64,000 nucleotides of DNA, from assembly GCF_046105845.1 (NCBI RefSeq), contig NZ_CP151004.1; one strand, written 5' to 3'. The notes under the pieces were generated by a model, which had not been told where the DNA came from, did no database searches, and worked only from the letters and a program-made list of their open reading frames with translations. Below are positions 10,316-21,016 of this stretch, in pieces. A program made the position numbers and the translations under genes. The DNA comes from Escherichia coli (lineage in GTDB: Bacteria > Pseudomonadota > Gammaproteobacteria > Enterobacterales > Enterobacteriaceae). The first letter of the stretch is position 1, and each line of letters begins with the position of its first letter.

Positions 10316-10897
10316 ATGTCGGATACCACCGAACTGGTTGATTTAGCCGTGATCTTCCCTGATCTGGAGATCGAATTGAAATACGCCTGCGCTGATAACA
10401 TCACAGGTAAAGCTATTTATCAGCAAGCGCGTTGTCTGTTACACAAGGATGCGATTACCGCGCTGGCGAAAAGTATCAGTATCGCCCAGCTGTCAGGCTT
10501 ACAACTGGTGATTTACGATGCGTATCGCCCACAACAAGCACAGGCGATGTTGTGGCAAACCTGCCCAGACCCGCAATATGTTGTTGATGTGGCGGTCGGT
10601 TCTAATCACAGCCGTGGCACGGCGATCGACCTGACGCTTCGTGATGAGCACGGGAACATCCTGGATATGGGTGCAGAGTTCGATGAAATGCACGAACGTT
10701 CCCATGCTTATCACCCTTCCGTCCCGCCCGCTGCTCAGCGCAATCGGCTGTTGCTGAATGCGATTATGACTGGCGGTGGCTTTGTCGGTATCCCGAGCGA
10801 ATGGTGGCACTTCGAATTACCCCTGGCAGCGAGTTACCCACTACTCGCTGATCAATTCACCTGTTTTATATCCCCTGGCACACAGCACGCCAGTTAA
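10316..10897 (+). CDS. ddpX: D-alanyl-D-alanine dipeptidase (VanX homolog), 193 aa
   Basis: Track ORF; ATG start; first gene of ddp operon. Confidence 0.93.
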   Translation: MSDTTELVDLAVIFPDLEIELKYACADNITGKAIYQQARCLLHKDAITALAKSISIAQLSGLQLVIYDAYRPQQAQAMLWQTCPDPQYVVDVAVGSNHSRGTAIDLTLRDEHGNILDMGAEFDEMHERSHAYHPSVPPAAQRNRLLLNAIMTGGGFVGIPSEWWHFELPLAASYPLLADQFTCFISPGTQHAS

Positions 10898-10910
10898 TCA
10901 GGAAACTGTC

Positions 10911-12461
10911 ATGAAGAGATCGATATCGTTTCGTCCTACATTGCTCGCGATCGTCCTTGCCACAACAATGCCGGTTGCGCACGCCGCCGTACCGAAAGAT
11001 ATGCTGGTGATCGGTAAAGCTGCCGACCCACAAACCCTCGACCCAGCGGTGACAATTGATAATAACGACTGGACAGTGACCTACCCGTCTTATCAGCGAC
11101 TGGTTCAGTACAAAACGGACGGTGATAAAGGCTCAACCGACGTTGAAGGCGATCTGGCGAGTAGCTGGAAAGCGTCTGACGATCAAAAAGAGTGGACGTT
11201 CACCCTGAAGGACAATGCTAAATTTGCCGATGGCACACCTGTCACTGCCGAAGCAGTAAAACTCTCTTTTGAGCGGTTACTAAAAATCGGCCAGGGGCCA
11301 GCAGAAGCATTTCCCAAAGATTTAAAGATTGATGCTCCCGACGAACATACGGTGAAGTTTACCCTTAGCCAACCATTCGCACCGTTCCTCTACACGCTGG
11401 CGAATGACGGTGCATCCATTATCAATCCGGCGGTCTTAAAGGAACATGCAGCGGATGATGCCCGTGGTTTCCTCGCGCAAAATACCGCTGGCTCCGGACC
11501 GTTTATGCTGAAAAGCTGGCAAAAAGGTCAGCAATTAGTTCTGGTGCCAAATCCGCATTACCCCGGTAATAAACCGAATTTCAAACGGGTATCGGTAAAA
11601 ATTATCGGTGAAAGTGCTTCCCGTCGCCTGCAGCTCTCCCGTGGCGACATTGACATTGCCGATGCGCTGCCGGTGGATCAACTCAACGCACTGAAGCAGG
11701 AAAACAAAGTCAATGTGGCAGAGTATCCGTCACTGCGCGTCACCTATCTGTATCTGAATAACAGCAAAGCGCCACTTAATCAGGCGGATCTGCGTCGGGC
11801 CATTTCCTGGTCTACCGATTATCAGGGTATGGTTAACGGCATTCTGAGTGGTAACGGAAAACAAATGCGCGGCCCGATTCCGGAAGGCATGTGGGGATAC
11901 GATGCGACGGCAATGCAATACAACCATGACGAAACGAAAGCCAAAGCCGAATGGGATAAAGTGACGAGCAAACCCACCAGCCTGACGTTTCTCTATTCTG
12001 ATAATGATCCGAACTGGGAGCCTATTGCTCTGGCGACACAATCCAGTCTCAACAAGCTGGGCATCAATGTGAAGCTGGAAAAGCTGGCGAACGCCACCAT
12101 GCGCGACAGAGTGGGTAAAGGTGATTACGACATTGCGATTGGCAACTGGAGCCCGGATTTTGCCGACCCGTATATGTTTATGAATTACTGGTTTGAGTCA
12201 GACAAAAAAGGTCTGCCGGGTAACCGCTCGTTCTATGAAAACAGTGAGGTCGATAAGCTACTGCGCAATGCGCTAGCGACCACCGACCAGACGCAGCGTA
12301 CCCGGGACTACCAGCAGGCACAGAAAATCGTCATTGATGACGCTGCTTATGTGTACCTGTTCCAGAAAAACTACCAACTGGCGATGAACAAAGAGGTGAA
12401 AGGTTTTGTGTTCAATCCCATGCTGGAACAGGTCTTCAATATCAATACCATGAGTAAATAA
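10911..12461 (+). CDS. ddpA: D,D-dipeptide ABC transporter periplasmic binding protein
   Basis: Track ORF 10776..12461; start at internal Met MKRSISFRPTLLAIVLATTMPVAHA (signal peptide). Confidence 0.92.
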   Translation: MKRSISFRPTLLAIVLATTMPVAHAAVPKDMLVIGKAADPQTLDPAVTIDNNDWTVTYPSYQRLVQYKTDGDKGSTDVEGDLASSWKASDDQKEWTFTLKDNAKFADGTPVTAEAVKLSFERLLKIGQGPAEAFPKDLKIDAPDEHTVKFTLSQPFAPFLYTLANDGASIINPAVLKEHAADDARGFLAQNTAGSGPFMLKSWQKGQQLVLVPNPHYPGNKPNFKRVSVKIIGESASRRLQLSRGDIDIADALPVDQLNALKQENKVNVAEYPSLRVTYLYLNNSKAPLNQADLRRAISWSTDYQGMVNGILSGNGKQMRGPIPEGMWGYDATAMQYNHDETKAKAEWDKVTSKPTSLTFLYSDNDPNWEPIALATQSSLNKLGINVKLEKLANATMRDRVGKGDYDIAIGNWSPDFADPYMFMNYWFESDKKGLPGNRSFYENSEVDKLLRNALATTDQTQRTRDYQQAQKIVIDDAAYVYLFQKNYQLAMNKEVKGFVFNPMLEQVFNINTMSK

Positions 12462-12462
12462 C

Positions 12463-13485
12463 GTGACCTTCTGGAGTATTTTACGCCAACGCTGCTGGGG
12501 GCTGGTGCTCGTGGTGGCGGGCGTCTGTGTGATTACGTTTATTATCTCGCATCTTATCCCCGGCGATCCGGCGCGGTTACTGGCGGGTGACCGCGCCAGC
12601 GATGCTATCGTGGATAATATTCGCCAGCAACTGGGACTGGACCAGCCACTGTACGTACAGTTTTACCGCTACGTCAGCGACCTGTTTCAGGGTGACCTGG
12701 GAACATCCATTCGTACCGGGCGTCCGGTGCTGGAAGAGTTGCGCATATTTTTCCCGGCGACGCTGGAACTGGCTTTTTGTGCCCTGCTGCTGGCACTCCT
12801 GATTGGCATCCCGCTGGGCATACTCTCTGCAGTCTGGCGAAATCGCTGGCTGGATCATCTGGTGCGAATAATGGCCATTACCGGAATCTCCACACCTGCG
12901 TTCTGGCTTGGGCTGGGCGTCATTGTGCTGTTTTATGGTCATCTGCAAATTCTTCCCGGCGGCGGAAGGCTTGATGACTGGCTGGATCCACCAACGCACG
13001 TTACCGGCTTTTATCTGCTCGATGCGCTGCTTGAAGGCAACGGTGAAGTCTTCTTCAATGCGCTGCAACATCTCATCTTACCGGCATTAACGCTGGCGTT
13101 CGTTCACCTGGGAATTGTCGCTCGCCAGATCCGCTCAGCGATGCTGGAACAATTGAGTGAAGACTACATTCGTACCGCCCGGGCCAGCGGCTTGCCCGGC
13201 TGGTATATCGTTTTATGTTATGCGCTACCCAATGCGTTGATCCCCTCGATTACCGTATTGGGGCTGGCGCTGGGCGATTTGTTGTATGGCGCAGTGCTCA
13301 CCGAAACCGTTTTTGCCTGGCCCGGAATGGGGGCATGGGTAGTGACATCAATACAGGCGCTCGACTTCCCTGCGGTGATGGGATTTGCCGTCGTGGTTTC
13401 GTTTGCTTATGTGCTGGTGAACCTGGTGGTGGATTTGCTCTATTTGTGGATTGATCCGCGTATCGGACGTGGAGGTGGTGAATGA
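12463..13485 (+). CDS. ddpB: D,D-dipeptide ABC transporter permease
   Basis: Track ORF (GTG start), DppB-like membrane protein. Confidence 0.92.
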   Translation: MTFWSILRQRCWGLVLVVAGVCVITFIISHLIPGDPARLLAGDRASDAIVDNIRQQLGLDQPLYVQFYRYVSDLFQGDLGTSIRTGRPVLEELRIFFPATLELAFCALLLALLIGIPLGILSAVWRNRWLDHLVRIMAITGISTPAFWLGLGVIVLFYGHLQILPGGGRLDDWLDPPTHVTGFYLLDALLEGNGEVFFNALQHLILPALTLAFVHLGIVARQIRSAMLEQLSEDYIRTARASGLPGWYIVLCYALPNALIPSITVLGLALGDLLYGAVLTETVFAWPGMGAWVVTSIQALDFPAVMGFAVVVSFAYVLVNLVVDLLYLWIDPRIGRGGGE

Positions 13486-14378
13486 TGCTAAGCGAGGAAA
13501 CGTCAGCCGTGCGCCCACCAAAACAAACGCGATTTAACGGTGCAAAACTGGTATGGATGCTGAAAGGCAGCCCGCTTACCGTGACCGGCGCAGTCATCAT
13601 TGTATTAATGCTACTGATGATGATTTTTTCACCGTGGCTGGCGACGCATGATCCCAACGCCATTGATTTAACCGCCCGCCTTTTGCCGCCTTCTGCGGCG
13701 CACTGGTTTGGCACCGATGAAGTGGGACGCGATCTGTTTAGCCGCGTACTGGTCGGCAGTCAGCAATCAATTCTCGCCGGATTAGTGGTAGTCGCCATTG
13801 CAGGTATGATGGGGTCGCTACTCGGGTGTCTATCCGGTGTGCTTGGCGGACGCGCAGACGCGATTATCATGCGCATCATGGACATTATGCTGTCGATTCC
13901 TTCGCTGGTGCTGACAATGGCACTGGCAGCCGCTCTCGGTCCGAGTTTGTTTAACGCCATGCTGGCGATTGCTATTGTGCGAATTCCCTTTTATGTGCGC
14001 CTGGCGCGGGGGCAAACATTAGTTGTTCGCCAGTACACTTACGTTCAGGCGGCGAAAACCTTTGGTGCGTCACGCTGGCATCTGATCAACTGGCATATTT
14101 TACGTAACTCCCTGCCGCCGCTGATTGTGCAGGCATCGCTGGATATCGGTAGCGCGATTTTAATGGCCGCCACGTTGGGATTTATTGGCCTGGGTGCTCA
14201 ACAACCGAGTGCTGAATGGGGGGCGATGGTGGCGAATGGTCGCAACTATGTGCTCGATCAATGGTGGTATTGCGCATTTCCGGGGGCAGCGATTTTGCTT
14301 ACCGCCGTCGGGTTTAATCTCTTTGGCGATGGTATTCGCGATCTGCTTGACCCGAAAGCAGGAGGAAAGCAGTCATGA
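13482..14378 (+). CDS. ddpC: D,D-dipeptide ABC transporter permease
   Basis: Track ORF; start overlaps ddpB stop by 4 nt. Confidence 0.92.
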   Translation: MMLSEETSAVRPPKQTRFNGAKLVWMLKGSPLTVTGAVIIVLMLLMMIFSPWLATHDPNAIDLTARLLPPSAAHWFGTDEVGRDLFSRVLVGSQQSILAGLVVVAIAGMMGSLLGCLSGVLGGRADAIIMRIMDIMLSIPSLVLTMALAAALGPSLFNAMLAIAIVRIPFYVRLARGQTLVVRQYTYVQAAKTFGASRWHLINWHILRNSLPPLIVQASLDIGSAILMAATLGFIGLGAQQPSAEWGAMVANGRNYVLDQWWYCAFPGAAILLTAVGFNLFGDGIRDLLDPKAGGKQS

Positions 14379-15361
14379 CCCAACCCGTTCTGGACATTCA
14401 ACAGCTGCATTTGAGTTTCCCCGGTTTTAACGGCGACGTTCACGCGCTCAACAATGTGTCATTGAAAATCAACCGCGGTGAAATTGTCGGTCTGGTGGGA
14501 GAATCCGGCTCGGGTAAATCAGTCACTGCAATGTTGATTATGCGTCTGCTACCGACGGGCAGTTATTGCGTACATCGGGGGCAGATTTCACTGCTGGGAG
14601 AAGATGCTCTTAACGCTCGGGAAAAGCAGCTTCGTCAGTGGCGCGGCGCACGAGTGGCGATGATCTTTCAGGAACCGATGACCGCCCTTAATCCGACACG
14701 TCGAATAGGTCTTCAGATGATGGACGTGATCCGCCATCATCAGCCAATAAGTCGTCGGGAAGCCAGAGCTAAAGCGATTGCCCTGCTGGAAGAGATGCAA
14801 ATCCCGGATGCCGTGGAAGTTATGTCGCGCTATCCGTTTGAGCTTTCAGGTGGTATGCGCCAGCGGGTAATGATTGCGCTGGCATTCTCCTGCGAGCCGC
14901 AATTGATTATTGCCGACGAACCGACTACGGCGCTGGACGTCACGGTACAGTTGCAGGTACTGCGTCTGCTTAAACATAAAGCCCGCGCCAGTGGAACTGC
15001 GGTACTGTTCATCAGCCATGATATGGCCGTGGTGTCGCAACTGTGCGATAGCGTTTACGTGATGTATGCCGGAAGCGTGATTGAGAGCGGCGTGACGGCA
15101 GACGTTATCCATCATCCCCGGCATCCGTATACCATTGGTTTGCTGCAATGCGCACCGGAACATGGAATACCGCGCCAGCCATTACCCGCCATTCCAGGGA
15201 CGGTACCAAACCTCACCCATTTGCCTGACGGCTGCGCTTTTCGCGATCGTTGCTATGCGGCAGGTGCACAGTGTGAAAACGTCCCGGCGCTGACAGCGTG
15301 TGGTGACAACAACCACCGCTGCGCCTGTTGGTATCCTCAGCAGGAGGTCATTAGTGTCTGA
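14375..15361 (+). CDS. ddpD: D,D-dipeptide ABC transporter ATP-binding protein
   Basis: Track ORF; Walker A GESGSGKS; overlaps ddpC stop by 4 nt. Confidence 0.92.
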   Translation: MTQPVLDIQQLHLSFPGFNGDVHALNNVSLKINRGEIVGLVGESGSGKSVTAMLIMRLLPTGSYCVHRGQISLLGEDALNAREKQLRQWRGARVAMIFQEPMTALNPTRRIGLQMMDVIRHHQPISRREARAKAIALLEEMQIPDAVEVMSRYPFELSGGMRQRVMIALAFSCEPQLIIADEPTTALDVTVQLQVLRLLKHKARASGTAVLFISHDMAVVSQLCDSVYVMYAGSVIESGVTADVIHHPRHPYTIGLLQCAPEHGIPRQPLPAIPGTVPNLTHLPDGCAFRDRCYAAGAQCENVPALTACGDNNHRCACWYPQQEVISV

Positions 15362-16280
15362 CACGTTATTAACGTTACGCGACGTCCATATCAATTTCCC
15401 TGCCCGAAAAAACTGGCTTGGTAAAACTACGGAACATGTTCATGCCATCAATGGTATTGATTTACAGATCCGTCGTGGTGAAACCTTAGGGATCGTCGGT
15501 GAGTCAGGCTGCGGCAAAAGCACCCTCGCACAGCTTTTAATGGGTATGCTGCAACCGAGCCACGGGCAGTACATCCGTTCAGGATCACAACGCATTATGC
15601 AGATGGTGTTTCAGGACCCGCTCTCTTCGCTTAATCCGCGCTTACCGGTGTGGCGCATCATCACGGAACCGCTCTGGATTGCTAAGCGTAGTAGTGAACA
15701 ACAGCGGCGAGCGTTGGCAGAGGAGCTGGCTGTGCAGGTGGGTATTCGTCCGGAGTATCTCGACCGCTTGCCTCATGCGTTCTCAGGCGGGCAGCGGCAA
15801 CGTATCGCCATTGCCAGAGCACTCTCTTCGCAGCCTGACGTGATTGTGCTTGATGAACCAACCTCGGCGCTGGATATCTCCGTGCAGGCGCAGATCCTCA
15901 ATTTACTGGTAACGCTACAGGAAAATCGCGAGCTGACTTATGTGCTGATTTCACACAATGTCTCGGTGATACGTCATATGAGCGATCGGGTGGCGGTGAT
16001 GTATCTCGGACAGATTGTGGAACTAGGAGACGCGCAACAGGTGCTGACAGCTCCGGCACATCCATACACCCGATTATTGCTGGATTCCCTCCCCGCCATT
16101 GATAAACCGCTGGAGGAAGAATGGGCATTACGTAAAACGGATCTGCCGGGAAACCGCACGTTGCCACAAGGCTGTTTTTTCCGCGAACGCTGCCCTCTGG
16201 CAACCCACGGATGTGAAGTCCGGCAATCATTAACAATAAGGGAGGACGGACGTGAGATCCGGTGCTGGCGGGCGCTGTAG
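15354..16280 (+). CDS. ddpF: D,D-dipeptide ABC transporter ATP-binding protein
   Basis: Track ORF 15300..16280; start placed at in-frame Val codon (VSDTLLTL...) overlapping ddpD stop, giving ~308 aa; Walker A GESGCGKS; exact start uncertain. Confidence 0.88.
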   Translation: MSDTLLTLRDVHINFPARKNWLGKTTEHVHAINGIDLQIRRGETLGIVGESGCGKSTLAQLLMGMLQPSHGQYIRSGSQRIMQMVFQDPLSSLNPRLPVWRIITEPLWIAKRSSEQQRRALAEELAVQVGIRPEYLDRLPHAFSGGQRQRIAIARALSSQPDVIVLDEPTSALDISVQAQILNLLVTLQENRELTYVLISHNVSVIRHMSDRVAVMYLGQIVELGDAQQVLTAPAHPYTRLLLDSLPAIDKPLEEEWALRKTDLPGNRTLPQGCFFRERCPLATHGCEVRQSLTIREDGREIRCWRAL

Positions 16281-16281
16281 A

Positions 16282-16334
16282 GACGCTAACAACGCATCAG
16301 GCAATCACGCGCCTGACGCGTCATCCGGCAACGC
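16282..16334. repeat. REP-like palindromic element between convergent ddpF and osmC
   Basis: CGCATCAGGC ... GCGCCTGACGCGTCATCCGGC motifs resembling REP consensus. Confidence 0.45.
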
Positions 16335-16335
16335 T

Positions 16336-16767
16336 TTATGATTTCAACTGGTAATCAAGCGTAATTTCAGCTTTCAGTACCTGAGAAACCGGGCATCCTG
16401 CTTTTGCTTTCTGGATAATGCCGTCAAAGGTGGCTGCATCAATACCCGGCACCGCAACTTCGCTCTTCAGTGCGATTTTAGTAATCGCAAAACCGGCATC
16501 CACTTTATCCAGCGACACATCGGCGGTGGTATCAATCGATGTTGGCGTGAATCCCGCTTCCCCCAGCATTAATGAAAGCGCCATTGAGAAACATGCGGCA
16601 TGCGCTGCGCCAATCAGTTCTTCAGGGTTGGTTCCTTTTTCGCCTTCAAAACGCGTGTTAAATCCATACGGCTGTTGGTTCAGCACGCCGCTCTCGGTGG
16701 ATACTGTTCCCTTCCCGCGTTTGATATCGCCTTCCCAGTGTGCCTGACCTTTCTTATGGATTGTCAT
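16336..16767 (-). CDS. osmC: Osmotically inducible peroxiredoxin OsmC, 143 aa
   Basis: Track ORF; recognisable OsmC sequence. Confidence 0.96.
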   Translation of the reverse strand: MTIHKKGQAHWEGDIKRGKGTVSTESGVLNQQPYGFNTRFEGEKGTNPEELIGAAHAACFSMALSLMLGEAGFTPTSIDTTADVSLDKVDAGFAITKIALKSEVAVPGIDAATFDGIIQKAKAGCPVSQVLKAEITLDYQLKS

Positions 16768-17111
16768 TGTTGCTCTCCTGTGGGTTTAAAAAGGAAATTA
16801 TAGACTACGTGAGAAACAGCACGAGGATAAGCAGGATATTCCGAATGAAATCCGGCGAAAACATTATTTCTGTACTTAAATTAAATTCCCACAATAGATA
16901 ACGGGGAATATATAATCCAAAAGATATTGTATCAATATTAATCGGATCACCCCAATTACAATCCCTATGAATATCATGGTGTTAAAATATAAAAATTATC
17001 AACCAGGACTAATCTTAACAACGAAGCGGCAAATATTTGCCATGCTGAATGTGCTTTATAAATCTGCGATCCGTAGCAGACACCATAAATACACAGACAC
17101 GGAGAATCACT

Positions 17112-17327
17112 ATGTTTACTTATTATCAGGCAGAAAATTCAACAGCAGAACCCGCTCTGGTTAATGCCATTGAGCAAGGCCTTCGGGCAGAGCACGGTGT
17201 TGTCACTGAAGATGACATTCTCATGGAGCTGACCAAATGGGTGGAAGCTTCTGATAACGACATCCTCAGTGATATCTACCAGCAAACGATCAATTATGTG
17301 GTCAGTGGCCAGCACCCTACGCTTTAA
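17112..17327 (+). CDS. bdm: Biofilm-dependent modulation protein, 71 aa
   Basis: Track ORF 17049..17327; start at internal Met MFTYYQAENSTAEPALV... Confidence 0.88.
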   Translation: MFTYYQAENSTAEPALVNAIEQGLRAEHGVVTEDDILMELTKWVEASDNDILSDIYQQTINYVVSGQHPTL

Positions 17328-17428
17328 GGTGCTATGCTTGATCGGCAACCTAATTTAGGGGTTTAGCACGTGTTTCTTCGCTACGGCGATGTTGTCCTTA
17401 AAACTAGCAACAGGATTGAGGAGTTAAA

Positions 17429-17566
17429 ATGAAATCGAACCGTCAGGCACGTCATATTCTTGGACTGGACCATAAAATTTCTAACCAGCGCAAAATAGTT
17501 ACCGAAGGTGACAAATCCAGCGTGGTAAATAACCCAACCGGCAGAAAACGCCCCGCTGAAAAGTAA
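17429..17566 (+). CDS. sra: Stationary-phase-induced ribosome-associated protein (S22), 45 aa
   Basis: Short ORF read from sequence ([45 protein letters not shown]) with GAGG-type RBS; too short for the ORF track; between bdm and maeA. Confidence 0.82.
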
Positions 17567-17722
17567 TTCATAACCATCAGTCCTCAATGACGATTAAACA
17601 CCATTGCCTGCGCAATGGTGTTTTTGTTTTTATCTGCTTTATACTTGGGGCCGACGCCCTGGCGGTAAAGCAAAGACGATAAAAGCGTGCCAGGGATGGA
17701 TATTCAAAAAAGAGTGAGTGAC

Positions 17723-19420
17723 ATGGAACCAAAAACAAAAAAACAGCGTTCGCTTTATATCCCTTACGCTGGCCCTGTACTGCTGGAATTTCCGTTGTTG
17801 AATAAAGGCAGCGCCTTCAGCATGGAAGAACGCCGTAACTTCAACCTGCTGGGGTTACTGCCGGAAGTGGTCGAAACCATCGAAGAGCAAGCGGAACGAG
17901 CATGGATCCAGTATCAGGGATTCAAAACCGAAATCGACAAACACATCTACCTGCGTAACATCCAGGACACTAACGAAACCCTCTTCTACCGTCTGGTAAA
18001 CAATCATCTTGATGAGATGATGCCTGTTATTTATACCCCAACCGTCGGCGCAGCCTGTGAGCGTTTTTCTGAGATCTACCGCCGTTCACGCGGCGTGTTT
18101 ATCTCTTACCAGAACCGCCACAATATGGACGATATTCTGCAAAACGTGCCGAACCATAATATTAAAGTGATTGTGGTGACTGACGGTGAACGTATTCTGG
18201 GGCTTGGTGACCAGGGCATCGGCGGGATGGGCATTCCGATCGGTAAACTGTCACTCTATACCGCCTGTGGCGGCATCAGCCCGGCGTATACCCTTCCGGT
18301 GGTGCTGGATGTCGGGACGAACAACCAACAGCTGCTTAACGATCCGCTGTATATGGGCTGGCGTAATCCGCGTATCACTGACGACGAATACTATGAATTC
18401 GTTGATGAATTTATCCAGGCTGTGAAACAACGCTGGCCGGACGTGCTGTTGCAGTTTGAAGACTTCGCACAAAAAAATGCGATGCCGTTACTTAACCGCT
18501 ATCGCAATGAAATTTGTTCCTTTAACGATGACATTCAGGGCACTGCGGCGGTAACAGTCGGCACCCTGATCGCAGCCAGCCGCGCGGCAGGTGGTCAGTT
18601 AAGCGAGAAAAAAATCGTCTTCCTTGGCGCAGGTTCAGCGGGATGCGGCATTGCCGAAATGATCATCGCCCAGACCCAGCGCGAAGGATTAAGCGAGGAA
18701 GCGGCGCGGCAGAAAGTCTTTATGGTCGATCGCTTTGGCCTGCTGACCGACAAGATGCCGAACCTGCTGCCTTTCCAGACCAAACTGGTGCAGAAGCGCG
18801 AAAACCTCAGTGACTGGGATACCAACAGCGATGTGCTGTCACTGCTGGATGTGGTGCGCAATGTAAAACCAGATATTCTGATTGGCGTCTCAGGACAGAC
18901 CGGGCTGTTTACGGAAGAGATCATCCGTGAGATGCATAAACACTGTCCGCGTCCGATCGTGATGCCGCTGTCTAACCCGACTTCACGCGTGGAAGCCACA
19001 CCGCAGGACATTATCGCCTGGACTGAAGGTAACGCGCTGGTCGCCACTGGCAGTCCGTTTAACCCAGTGGTATGGAAAGATAAAATCTACCCTATCGCCC
19101 AGTGTAACAACGCCTTTATTTTCCCGGGCATCGGGCTGGGCGTTATTGCTTCCGGTGCGTCACGTATCACCGATGAGATGCTGATGTCGGCAAGTGAAAC
19201 GCTTGCTCAGTATTCGCCGCTGGTGCTGAACGGCGAAGGTCTGGTACTACCGGAACTGAAAGATATTCAGAAAGTCTCCCGCGCAATTGCGTTTGCGGTT
19301 GGCAAAATGGCGCAGCAGCAAGGCGTGGCGGTGAAAACCTCCGCCGAAGCTCTGCAACAGGCCATTGATGATAATTTCTGGCAAGCCGAATACCGCGACT
19401 ACCGCCGTACCTCCATCTAA
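17723..19420 (+). CDS. maeA: NAD-dependent malic enzyme, 565 aa
   Basis: Track ORF 17687..19420; start at internal Met [18 protein letters not shown]...; an earlier in-frame Met gives a slightly longer form. Confidence 0.94.
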   Translation: MEPKTKKQRSLYIPYAGPVLLEFPLLNKGSAFSMEERRNFNLLGLLPEVVETIEEQAERAWIQYQGFKTEIDKHIYLRNIQDTNETLFYRLVNNHLDEMMPVIYTPTVGAACERFSEIYRRSRGVFISYQNRHNMDDILQNVPNHNIKVIVVTDGERILGLGDQGIGGMGIPIGKLSLYTACGGISPAYTLPVVLDVGTNNQQLLNDPLYMGWRNPRITDDEYYEFVDEFIQAVKQRWPDVLLQFEDFAQKNAMPLLNRYRNEICSFNDDIQGTAAVTVGTLIAASRAAGGQLSEKKIVFLGAGSAGCGIAEMIIAQTQREGLSEEAARQKVFMVDRFGLLTDKMPNLLPFQTKLVQKRENLSDWDTNSDVLSLLDVVRNVKPDILIGVSGQTGLFTEEIIREMHKHCPRPIVMPLSNPTSRVEATPQDIIAWTEGNALVATGSPFNPVVWKDKIYPIAQCNNAFIFPGIGLGVIASGASRITDEMLMSASETLAQYSPLVLNGEGLVLPELKDIQKVSRAIAFAVGKMAQQQGVAVKTSAEALQQAIDDNFWQAEYRDYRRTSI

Positions 19421-19427
19421 GCCTGCG

Positions 19428-19455
19428 CCCGGTAGTGAAGGCTACCGGGCAATTT
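19428..19455 (+). terminator. Terminator-like hairpin after maeA (CCCGGTAG / CTACCGGG stem)
   Basis: 8-bp stem, 6-nt loop, followed by T/C-rich tract. Confidence 0.45.
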
Positions 19456-19553
19456 CCCTCTCCCTTTTTCAGATCTCATCCATACTGGGTAGTGGCGAAT
19501 AAATCTCATTTGCCTCACCTGCTATGCAGAACATCATCCGAAAAGGAGGAACT

Positions 19554-20564
19554 ATGAAGGCTGCAGTTGTTACGAAGGATCATCATGTTGACGTTACGGA
19601 TAAAACACTGCGCTCACTGAAACATGGCGAAGCCCTGCTGAAAATGGAGTGTTGTGGTGTATGTCATACCGATCTTCATGTTAAGAATGGCGATTTTGGT
19701 GACAAAACCGGCGTAATTCTGGGCCATGAAGGCATCGGTGTGGTGGCAGAAGTTGGCCCAGGTGTCACCTCATTAAAACCAGGCGATCGTGCCAGCGTGG
19801 CGTGGTTTTACGAAGGATGCGGTCATTGCGAATACTGTAACAGTGGTAACGAAACGCTCTGCCGTTCAGTTAAAAATGCCGGATACAGCGTTGATGGCGG
19901 GATGGCGGAAGAGTGCATCGTGGTCGCTGATTACGCGGTAAAAGTGCCAGATGGTCTGGACTCGGCGGCGGCCAGCAGCATTACCTGTGCGGGGGTCACC
20001 ACCTACAAAGCCGTTAAGCTGTCAAAAATTCGTCCAGGGCAGTGGATTGCTATCTACGGTCTTGGCGGTCTGGGTAACCTCGCCCTGCAATACGCGAAGA
20101 ATGTCTTTAACGCCAAAGTGATCGCCATTGATGTCAATGATGAGCAGTTAAAACTGGCAACCGAAATGGGCGCTGATTTAGCGATTAACTCACGCACTGA
20201 AGACGCCGCCAAAATTGTGCAGGAAAAAACCGGTGGCGCTCACGCCGCGGTGGTGACAGCAGTAGCTAAAGCTGCGTTTAACTCGGCGGTTGATGCTGTA
20301 CGAGCAGGCGGTCGTGTTGTGGCTGTCGGTCTGCCGCCGGAGTCAATGAGCCTGGACATCCCACGCCTTGTGCTGGATGGTATTGAAGTGGTCGGTTCGC
20401 TGGTCGGCACGCGCCAGGATCTAACCGAAGCCTTCCAGTTTGCCGCCGAAGGCAAAGTGGTGCCGAAAGTCGCCCTGCGTCCGTTAGCGGACATCAACAC
20501 CATCTTTACTGAGATGGAAGAAGGCAAAATCCGTGGCCGTATGGTGATTGATTTCCGCCGCTAA
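19554..20564 (+). CDS. adhP: Zinc-dependent ethanol-active alcohol dehydrogenase, 336 aa
   Basis: Track ORF 19524..20564; start at Met [12 protein letters not shown] after AAGGAGG RBS; GHEGIG and Zn-ligand Cys motifs. Confidence 0.95.
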   Translation: MKAAVVTKDHHVDVTDKTLRSLKHGEALLKMECCGVCHTDLHVKNGDFGDKTGVILGHEGIGVVAEVGPGVTSLKPGDRASVAWFYEGCGHCEYCNSGNETLCRSVKNAGYSVDGGMAEECIVVADYAVKVPDGLDSAAASSITCAGVTTYKAVKLSKIRPGQWIAIYGLGGLGNLALQYAKNVFNAKVIAIDVNDEQLKLATEMGADLAINSRTEDAAKIVQEKTGGAHAAVVTAVAKAAFNSAVDAVRAGGRVVAVGLPPESMSLDIPRLVLDGIEVVGSLVGTRQDLTEAFQFAAEGKVVPKVALRPLADINTIFTEMEEGKIRGRMVIDFRR

Positions 20565-20680
20565 GAGGCCTTTGCTGCGACTGCCATGTTCGGGTCGCAG
20601 CATCGCACACTCTCCAACATGAAATGGCTAAATGGATTATTGTTGCGTAGGAAGGAACGCTACTGAGAGTAAAGACACTA

Positions 20681-20965
20681 ATGAAAATGGCCAATCATCC
20701 CCGCCCGGGGGACATTATTCAGGAATCACTGGACGAACTTAATGTCAGCCTGCGCGAGTTTGCCAGAGCAATGGAAATTGCGCCCTCAACGGCAAGCCGA
20801 TTGCTGACCGGAAAAGCAGCTTTGACACCAGAAATGGCGATTAAACTTTCCGTGGTGATCGGCAGTTCGCCGCAAATGTGGCTGAATCTGCAAAACGCCT
20901 GGAGTCTGGCAGAGGCAGAAAAAACGGTGGATGTGTCGCGATTACGCCGTCTGGTTACGCAATAA
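20681..20965 (+). CDS. yddM: HigA/VapI-family (XRE-type HTH) putative transcriptional regulator, 94 aa
   Basis: Track ORF; HTH-like segment; position between adhP and fdnI. Confidence 0.8.
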
Positions 20966-20996
20966 AAAAAATGGCGCTTCTTAAAGCGCCATTTTC
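20964..20996. terminator. Bidirectional rho-independent terminator shared by yddM (+) and fdnI (-)
   Basis: A-run, ATGGCGCTT / AAGCGCCAT perfect stem, T-run; lies between convergent genes. Confidence 0.6.
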
Positions 20997-21016
20997 AGCT
21001 TAAAGTTCAAAAGAGA

